DNA of 64,000 nucleotides from an uncultured Alphaproteobacteria bacterium (GTDB lineage Bacteria; Pseudomonadota; Alphaproteobacteria; CAAHEQ01; UBA3637): NCBI GenBank assembly GCA_944392125.1, contig CALXVP010000001.1, positions 4,325 to 68,324 of the forward strand, read 5' to 3'. Shown piece by piece: positions 56,166 to 64,000 of this stretch (position 1 is its first letter; each line of letters starts with the position of its first letter). The notes under the pieces were generated by a model. It saw only the letters and a program-made list of their open reading frames with translations, ran no database searches and was not told where the DNA came from. The position numbers and the translations under genes were made by a program.

Positions 56166-56597
56166 TCAGCTTTCTTTTTTCCCTTTATTTTTTGTGCGAG
56201 AACCTGTGGACTTCTTTTGTTTTGGGGATGACGACTTTTGACTTCCTTTTTTCCCTTTTGCAAGCGGTGCCTGCGTATCATGATAAACGATTTCACTTGT
56301 TTGCACTTCTTTTTTGAACGAGGGTTTCATGATTTTTAGCAAGACAACACGCGTTAAGAAAAAACCGCAAAAAACAAGCAAAAACTTTCCAACATTATTT
56401 TGGCTAAAAACAAGCGAAATAAAAATCAATAAAAAAATACGCAATGTTGCCGATAAAAACAAAATGATACCCGGGCGACTTGATTTGCGCGAAACACCGA
56501 TTGTTTGCCACAGTAAATAAAAATAAACCAGACAAAGCACAAATCCGATGGCCAAAGAAACTGCTATATCCGTACCTGTTAAAGTTATTTGATTCAT
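56166..56597 (-). CDS. atpR: AtpR-like small membrane protein of N-ATPase operons, with an unusual Lys/Ser-rich C-terminal tail
   Basis: 143 aa with three predicted TM helices and conserved Arg residues in the TM segments. Its position between atpQ and atpB matches the atpDCQRBEFAG order. Confidence 0.6.
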   Translation of the reverse strand: MNQITLTGTDIAVSLAIGFVLCLVYFYLLWQTIGVSRKSSRPGIILFLSATLRIFLLIFISLVFSQNNVGKFLLVFCGFFLTRVVLLKIMKPSFKKEVQTSEIVYHDTQAPLAKGKKGSQKSSSPKQKKSTGSRTKNKGKKES

Positions 56598-56973
56598 TTT
56601 ATATCCTCACTTTTAAATGACTGATTATTTTTTTGTTGATGCGTATGTTCCGTTAATCGGGCGTTTCGCATGGATTTATCACTGCTTTTAAACGGTAATA
56701 ATCCTTCTTTTCGCACCCAATAAGCAACACAACCGATACCTACGGCAAAGCCGAGGAAAATACAATTCAATATCCATGAAAATCCCTGCACGGGGAAGTG
56801 TCTGTCCATAAATTGTCCGACAGCAATACCACATAAAACGGGGATTGACATATACCAACCGAAAGCGCTTAATACGGCAACCCGAAAATTCATTCCTGAA
56901 TTTCCGCGCTCTAATTTCTGCGCTTTTTGAATGAGCGTTTTTTCGGTTTTATTATCGGGATCAAATAATTTGC

Positions 56974-56977
<4 letters not shown>
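56594..56977 (-). CDS. atpQ: AtpQ (AtpI/AtpZ-like) small membrane protein of N-ATPase operons
   Basis: 127 aa with two TM helices and a position between atpC and atpR. It has 4-nt overlaps with both neighbours. Confidence 0.6.
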
Positions 56978-58890
<1,913 letters not shown>

Positions 58891-58903
58891 TCGGCCTCCC
58901 TGA

Positions 58904-61303
58904 TTATGCCTCTTTCTTATCTCTCGGTTTTTTACTATCCGACTTTTTACTACCTTGTTCGGCAGTATCCGCACTTAACGGGAGCAGGGGCTTGGTTAAA
59001 GCCAATTTTAAAACCTCTTCGGCGCGCGTTACGGGAATAATTTCCATTCCTTCTTTTACGTTGTCGGGAATTTCCTCTAAGTCTTTTTTGTTTTCTTCAG
59101 GAATTAACACTGTTTTAATTCCCGCCCGCAAAGCAGCTAAGAGTTTTTCTTTTAACCCACCAATCGGTAAAACGTGTCCGCGAAGCGTAATTTCTCCCGT
59201 CATGGCAATATCTTTCCGAACGGGTATGCCCGTATAAGCCGATACGAGTGACGTCATCATCGCGATACCGGCCGACGGTCCATCCTTTGGTGTTGCTCCC
59301 TCCGGAACGTGAACATGAACGTCTTTCTTCTCAAACACTTCATCTTTAATGCCGAATTCGTGGGCATGAGCCCGAATGAATGAACGGGCCGCCTCAACGG
59401 ATTCTTTCATAACATCACCCAACTGTCCCGTCAGTTGTATTGCCCCTTTACCGGGCATAACAACGGCTTCAATGGATAAAATCTCTCCGCCGACTTCCGT
59501 CCAAGCCAAACCGGTTGTCGTGCCGATTTGATCTTCCTTTTCGGCAACACCGAACGAATATTTTTCAACACCCGCATATTTCTTTAAATTATCCGGCGTA
59601 ACCGTAACAGATTTAATATTTTCTGTTTGAATTTCCTTAACAACTTTACGGGCAATGTTTGCGATTTCCCGTTCCAGATTCCGCACCCCTGCTTCTCGGG
59701 TATACTTACGAATTAAGCAGAGTAGGGTATCATCGGTAATGGTTAACTCTTCCGGTTGCAATCCGGCCAATTTTAATTGTTTGCCGATTAAATGCTGTTT
59801 TGCAATCTGAACTTTTTCATCTTCCGTATAACCCGAAAGTTGAATAATTTCCATTCTATCCAATAACGGACGAGGCATTTTTAACGTGTTCGCCGTTGTG
59901 ATAAACATCACATTTGATAAATCATAGTCAACTTCTAAATAATTATCATTGAACGTTGTATTCTGCTCGGGATCTAACACTTCCAATAAAGCAGAGGAGG
60001 GATCTCCCCGATAATCATTTCCTAATTTATCAATTTCATCCAGCAAGAACAATGGATTGATTGTTTTTGCTTTCTTCATCCCTTGAATAATTTTTCCGGG
60101 CAATGATCCGATATATGTTCTGCGATGACCCCTGATTTCGGATTCATCATGCATACCGCCCAATGAGGCACGCACAAAATGGCGTCCCGTTGCGCGGGCA
60201 ATAGATTGACCGAGTGATGTTTTACCCACACCCGGAGGGCCGACCAAACATAAAATAGAACCTTTAATACAGTTTGTCCGCTTCTGAACGGCTAAAAATT
60301 CCAAAATCCGTTCTTTCACTTTTTCTAAACCATAGTGATCTTCATCCAAAATGCGTTTCGCTTCCGCTAAATCCGTTTGTAAAACAGATTTTTTGCGCCA
60401 AGGAATTGCCGTCAACCAATCCAAATAATTCCGAACGACACCCGATTCGGCTGACATCGGTCCCATCATCTGCAATTTATGCAATTCGCTCATCGCTTTT
60501 TCGCGAGCCTCTTTCGGCATTCCGGATTTCTTGATTTTTGTTTCTAATTTCTTTATTTCACCACCGTCTTCAGAATCGCCGAGTTCTTTTTGAATGGCTT
60601 TCATTTGCTCATTCAAATAATACTCGCGTTGCGATTTTTCCATTTGGCGTTTTACACGTTTCCGAATCTTCCGTTCAACCTGCAATACGCCGATTTCCTT
60701 TTCCATATCGGCATATAAAATTTCCAAACGTTGTTGAATGGAGCTTGTTTCTAAAAGTTTTTGCTTTTCATCAACCTTTAAAAGGATATGTGTTGCCACA
60801 ACATCGGCAAACTTTTCGGCATCCGTAATTTGGCTGATTGCAACAAGCACTTCCGGTCCAAGCCGTTTATTTAAGCGAACGTAATTTTCAAATTGCTCAC
60901 GCACGGAACGCATCAAGGCTTCCGTTTCGGATTCATTGCCTGATTCGGTTTTTAAAATTTCAATATGGGCTTCAAAAAATTGATTATTTTGCACCCATTC
61001 AACCACACGCGCCCGAGCAACACCCTCAACGAGAATTTTTACCGTTCCGTCAGGCAGTTTCAGCAACTGCAATATGTTTGCCAATGTGCCGACTTTATAT
61101 AAATCACCCGTATAAGGCGTATCAATCAACGCATCGGACTGCGCCGTCAAGAGAATTTGTTTACTGTTTGCCATTGCATTTTCAAGTGCGGCAACCGATT
61201 TATCTCTCCCCACAAACAAAGGCACAACAACATGCGGAAACACAATTATATCCCGCAACGGTAATACCGGATAAACACCATCAGTAATCGCTGTCATATT
61301 CAT
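58904..61303 (-). CDS. lon: ATP-dependent protease Lon
   Basis: 799 aa with an N-terminal LON domain, AAA+ Walker [10 protein letters not shown], Walker [10 protein letters not shown], and the proteolytic Ser in [11 protein letters not shown] with Lys in ...[10 protein letters not shown]. Confidence 0.95.
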   Translation of the reverse strand: MNMTAITDGVYPVLPLRDIIVFPHVVVPLFVGRDKSVAALENAMANSKQILLTAQSDALIDTPYTGDLYKVGTLANILQLLKLPDGTVKILVEGVARARVVEWVQNNQFFEAHIEILKTESGNESETEALMRSVREQFENYVRLNKRLGPEVLVAISQITDAEKFADVVATHILLKVDEKQKLLETSSIQQRLEILYADMEKEIGVLQVERKIRKRVKRQMEKSQREYYLNEQMKAIQKELGDSEDGGEIKKLETKIKKSGMPKEAREKAMSELHKLQMMGPMSAESGVVRNYLDWLTAIPWRKKSVLQTDLAEAKRILDEDHYGLEKVKERILEFLAVQKRTNCIKGSILCLVGPPGVGKTSLGQSIARATGRHFVRASLGGMHDESEIRGHRRTYIGSLPGKIIQGMKKAKTINPLFLLDEIDKLGNDYRGDPSSALLEVLDPEQNTTFNDNYLEVDYDLSNVMFITTANTLKMPRPLLDRMEIIQLSGYTEDEKVQIAKQHLIGKQLKLAGLQPEELTITDDTLLCLIRKYTREAGVRNLEREIANIARKVVKEIQTENIKSVTVTPDNLKKYAGVEKYSFGVAEKEDQIGTTTGLAWTEVGGEILSIEAVVMPGKGAIQLTGQLGDVMKESVEAARSFIRAHAHEFGIKDEVFEKKDVHVHVPEGATPKDGPSAGIAMMTSLVSAYTGIPVRKDIAMTGEITLRGHVLPIGGLKEKLLAALRAGIKTVLIPEENKKDLEEIPDNVKEGMEIIPVTRAEEVLKLALTKPLLPLSADTAEQGSKKSDSKKPRDKKEA

Positions 61304-61377
61304 TTTCCTTCAACTATAAATTGCATATAAAGATATATGTAGCGTTGCAAGAAATGTAAAGAGGAAAAAGTTAATTT

Positions 61378-62718
61378 TTACGCTTTTGCAGACTTTTTTT
61401 CTTTTGCGTCAAAAATAAATGTCGGCTTTTCTTTCTTTTCAACCGTATTTTCATCAATGACCACTTCTTTTAAGTCTTTCATTGTCGGCAATTCATACAT
61501 GATATCCAACAATAAATTCTCCATAATTGAGCGTAATCCGCGAGCGCCCGTTTTCCGCTCAATGGCTTTCTTTGCAATGGCGCGACACGCATTATCCGTC
61601 AGTGTCAGTTTAACATGATCCATCTCGCACAAGGCTTGATACTGTTTAATCAACGCATTTTTCGGCTCTTTTAAAATGCGCACAAGTGCATCTTCATCCA
61701 ACTCTTCCAAGCTGACAATCACAGGTAAACGTCCGATAAATTCGGGAATTAAACCATACTTTAATAAATCAGTCGGTTCCAACTTTTCTAAGAGTTCGCT
61801 TAACTTTTTCTCGTCTCCCGAAGTATTGTTTGAACCGAAACCGATGGTATATTTGGCCTCACGCCGTTCAATCACTTTTTCAAGACCCGCAAACGCTCCG
61901 CCACAAATGAACAAAATGTTTTGCGTGTTCACTTTAATATATTCTTGATTGGGATGTTTGCGTCCGCCTTGCGGGGGCAGGGAAGCAATCGTTCCTTCAA
62001 TTAATTTTAACAGAGCCTGTTGCACACCTTCGCCCGAAACATCACGCGTGATAGACGGGCCATCTGATTTACGGGCGATTTTATCAATCTCATCAATATA
62101 AATAATACCTTTTTCGGCGCGTTTCACATCATAATTTGCATTTTGCAATAATTTAAGCACAACGTTTTCAACATCTTCGCCTACATAGCCGGCTTCTGTT
62201 AATGTTGTTGCGTCTGCGATGGCAAACGGCACATCCAATGATCGTGCCAATGTTTTTGCCAACAAGGTTTTTCCGCATCCCGTTGGGCCTAAAAGTAAAA
62301 CATTTGATTTCTCAATTTCAACACCGCTTTCATTCGCTTCCGAGAGCAAGCGTTTATAATGATTGTAAACAGCGACCGACAGCACTTTTTTAGCGCGATT
62401 TTGACCGATAACATATTCATCTAAAATTTTATGTAATTCTTGCGGTGTTTTAAGATTTTCAACACTTAATTCCGTATAACCCTTTGATTCGGCAGATTCC
62501 TTCGTATCAGAAACCGCACTTTTATCTTTGGCGGGCTCTTCCTTTATCATACCGCGACACAACTCAATACATTCATCGCAAATAAAGACCATGTGATCCT
62601 TTCCATCCGGCCCTTTCATCGGCTTTCCGGAAATCAAACTGCGCACTTCATTTTGACTTTTATTGCAAAATGAACATTTTAAATCCGTATCTTTATTGTT
62701 TTTATCATCTCTTATCAT
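61378..62718 (-). CDS. clpX: ATP-dependent Clp protease ATP-binding subunit ClpX
   Basis: 446 aa with an N-terminal zinc-binding domain (CSFCNK...CDECI), Walker A GPTGCGKT and the IGF-like loop LIPEFIGR. Confidence 0.95.
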   Translation of the reverse strand: MIRDDKNNKDTDLKCSFCNKSQNEVRSLISGKPMKGPDGKDHMVFICDECIELCRGMIKEEPAKDKSAVSDTKESAESKGYTELSVENLKTPQELHKILDEYVIGQNRAKKVLSVAVYNHYKRLLSEANESGVEIEKSNVLLLGPTGCGKTLLAKTLARSLDVPFAIADATTLTEAGYVGEDVENVVLKLLQNANYDVKRAEKGIIYIDEIDKIARKSDGPSITRDVSGEGVQQALLKLIEGTIASLPPQGGRKHPNQEYIKVNTQNILFICGGAFAGLEKVIERREAKYTIGFGSNNTSGDEKKLSELLEKLEPTDLLKYGLIPEFIGRLPVIVSLEELDEDALVRILKEPKNALIKQYQALCEMDHVKLTLTDNACRAIAKKAIERKTGARGLRSIMENLLLDIMYELPTMKDLKEVVIDENTVEKKEKPTFIFDAKEKKSAKA

Positions 62719-62753
62719 ATTGAGCCCACTCTAATTGTATCGCTTTGAAAACA

Positions 62754-63371
62754 TTACTCTTCGGGACGACGCGTAATCACTTCGTCAATCAACCCGAATT
62801 TTTTAGCCTCCTCGGGCGTCATAAAGTTATCACGCTCCATGGCACGTTCAATCGTTTCCAAACTTTGGCCGGTTTGCTCAACATAAATTTGATTGAGGCG
62901 CGCCTTGATGGCCAAAATTTCTTTGGCGTGAATTTCAATATCCGTTGCCTGTCCCTGAAATCCGCCGGACGGTTGATGAATCATCACACGAGCATTCGGC
63001 AAAGCAAATCTTCTGCCTTTTGCGCCACAGCAAAGCAATAAACTCCCCATGGAGGCGGCTTGCCCCATTACAACGGTTGATACCGGACATTTAATATAAT
63101 TCATTGTATCCAATATAGCCAATCCCGATGTGACAACGCCTCCGGGTGAGTTGATATAAAAAGAAATTTCTTTCTTTGCGTTTTCGGCTTCCAAAAACAG
63201 GAGTTGCGCACAAATTAAACTTGCTACTTCATCGTTGACTTGACCCGTTAAAAAAACAATGCGTTCTTTTAAGAGGCGTGAATAAATGTCAAAAGCACGT
63301 TCTCCGCGACCGGTTTGTTCAATCACCGTCGGAACAAGTGTATTCATTGAGGGAGCAATCCATTCATTCAT
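62754..63371 (-). CDS. clpP: ATP-dependent Clp protease proteolytic subunit ClpP
   Basis: 205 aa with catalytic Ser in GQAASMGS, His in MIHQP and Asp in LDRDNFM. Confidence 0.95.
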   Translation of the reverse strand: MNEWIAPSMNTLVPTVIEQTGRGERAFDIYSRLLKERIVFLTGQVNDEVASLICAQLLFLEAENAKKEISFYINSPGGVVTSGLAILDTMNYIKCPVSTVVMGQAASMGSLLLCCGAKGRRFALPNARVMIHQPSGGFQGQATDIEIHAKEILAIKARLNQIYVEQTGQSLETIERAMERDNFMTPEEAKKFGLIDEVITRRPEE

Positions 63372-63400
63372 TTAGCAAACTCCTGTTTTTTACCTATTGT

Positions 63401-64000
63401 TTATTCAGCTTTTTTTGCCTTTGTTTTTTTTGCCGGTTTTGCATCGGGGTTATAGGCGTATAACTCTTCCGGTGTCATTTTCTTTTCATTTGTTTTAACA
63501 ACACCCAAGATATAGTCAACAACCTTTTCTTCAAACAACGGCGCTTTCAAATGATCCAATGCTTGCGGATTCTTTTGATAGTATTCAAATACAATCTTTT
63601 CTTGACCCGGGTAACGGCGTGCTTCCGCCATCACCGCATTTGTTAAATCTTCTTTCGTTAATGTAATTTTATTTTCATTGGCAACTTCGGCTAACAAAAG
63701 ACCCAAGCGCACGCGCCGTTCGGCAATATCCCGATATTCCTTTTTCAGTTCATCTTCGGATTTTGCTTTCTCGTCTTCATCCAGTTGATTGGCTTTTTTT
63801 GCTTCTTCAAATTGTTTCCAAATAGCATCAAATTCCATATCAACCATTCCTTGCGGTACTTCAAAAGAATGCGTTTCTGCCAAAGCATCCAATAAAGCGC
63901 GTTTCGTGTGCATCCGAGCAACGTTTGCGTATTCTTTATTCAACTCGGCTTTAATCATTTCTTTTAAAGCGTCCATTGTTTCCGAACCGAATGATTTGGC
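63401..64000 (-). CDS. tig: Trigger factor, C-terminal part (gene continues beyond window end)
   Basis: The C-terminal chaperone-arm region is followed by a Lys-rich tail. The tig-clpP-clpX-lon order is canonical, and the ORF is open to the window edge. Confidence 0.8.
   Translation of the reverse strand, partial: AKSFGSETMDALKEMIKAELNKEYANVARMHTKRALLDALAETHSFEVPQGMVDMEFDAIWKQFEEAKKANQLDEDEKAKSEDELKKEYRDIAERRVRLGLLLAEVANENKITLTKEDLTNAVMAEARRYPGQEKIVFEYYQKNPQALDHLKAPLFEEKVVDYILGVVKTNEKKMTPEELYAYNPDAKPAKKTKAKKAE

Overview
This is a 64 kb AT-rich bacterial chromosomal segment, most likely from a host-associated or intracellular proteobacterium. It has no rRNA operon, no CRISPR array and no recognisable IS element. 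The housekeeping backbone is dense and has no repeats: pheT and pheS, prfC, dtd, murA, rnj, birA, sufE, tyrS, uvrA, tgt, lepB-rnc-era-recO, hup, lexA, a PTS EIIA(Man)/HPr pair, coaD, tRNA-Val(TAC), accD, an IHF/HU-like gene, and lon-clpX-clpP-tig. Several accessory features are interleaved with this backbone.

1. Two paralogous giant cysteine-rich proteins (about 830 and 940 aa) carry a type-IV-prepilin-like N-terminus (AEYG|RSMVEMLGVLA(V/I)IGVLS...GYRYAM). Each is preceded by a near-identical regulatory region of about 200 bp containing a perfect 8-12-bp-arm palindrome (CTACATAAACG-TC-CGTTTATGTAG) and a second related motif. Each unit is insulated by a terminator. One paralog also carries a large internal duplication.
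2. A complete N-type ATPase operon (atpD-C-Q-R-B-E-F-A-G, no delta) with its own promoter lies directly downstream of lon. Its c-subunit carries the E-S-T..Y Na+-ligand signature.
3. An orphan VirD4/TraG-type type IV coupling protein has no other T4SS genes nearby.
4. A set of effector-like genes is present: three ankyrin-repeat proteins, a pentapeptide-repeat protein with an acidic tail, a secreted MORN-repeat protein, an HExxH protein, a DxD glycosyltransferase-like protein and a tandem pair of two-domain GNAT proteins.

Several ORF-track starts were corrected from RBS and N-terminal evidence: atpD (GTG to internal ATG), both pilin-like genes, hup, tgt, the PTS EIIA gene and others.
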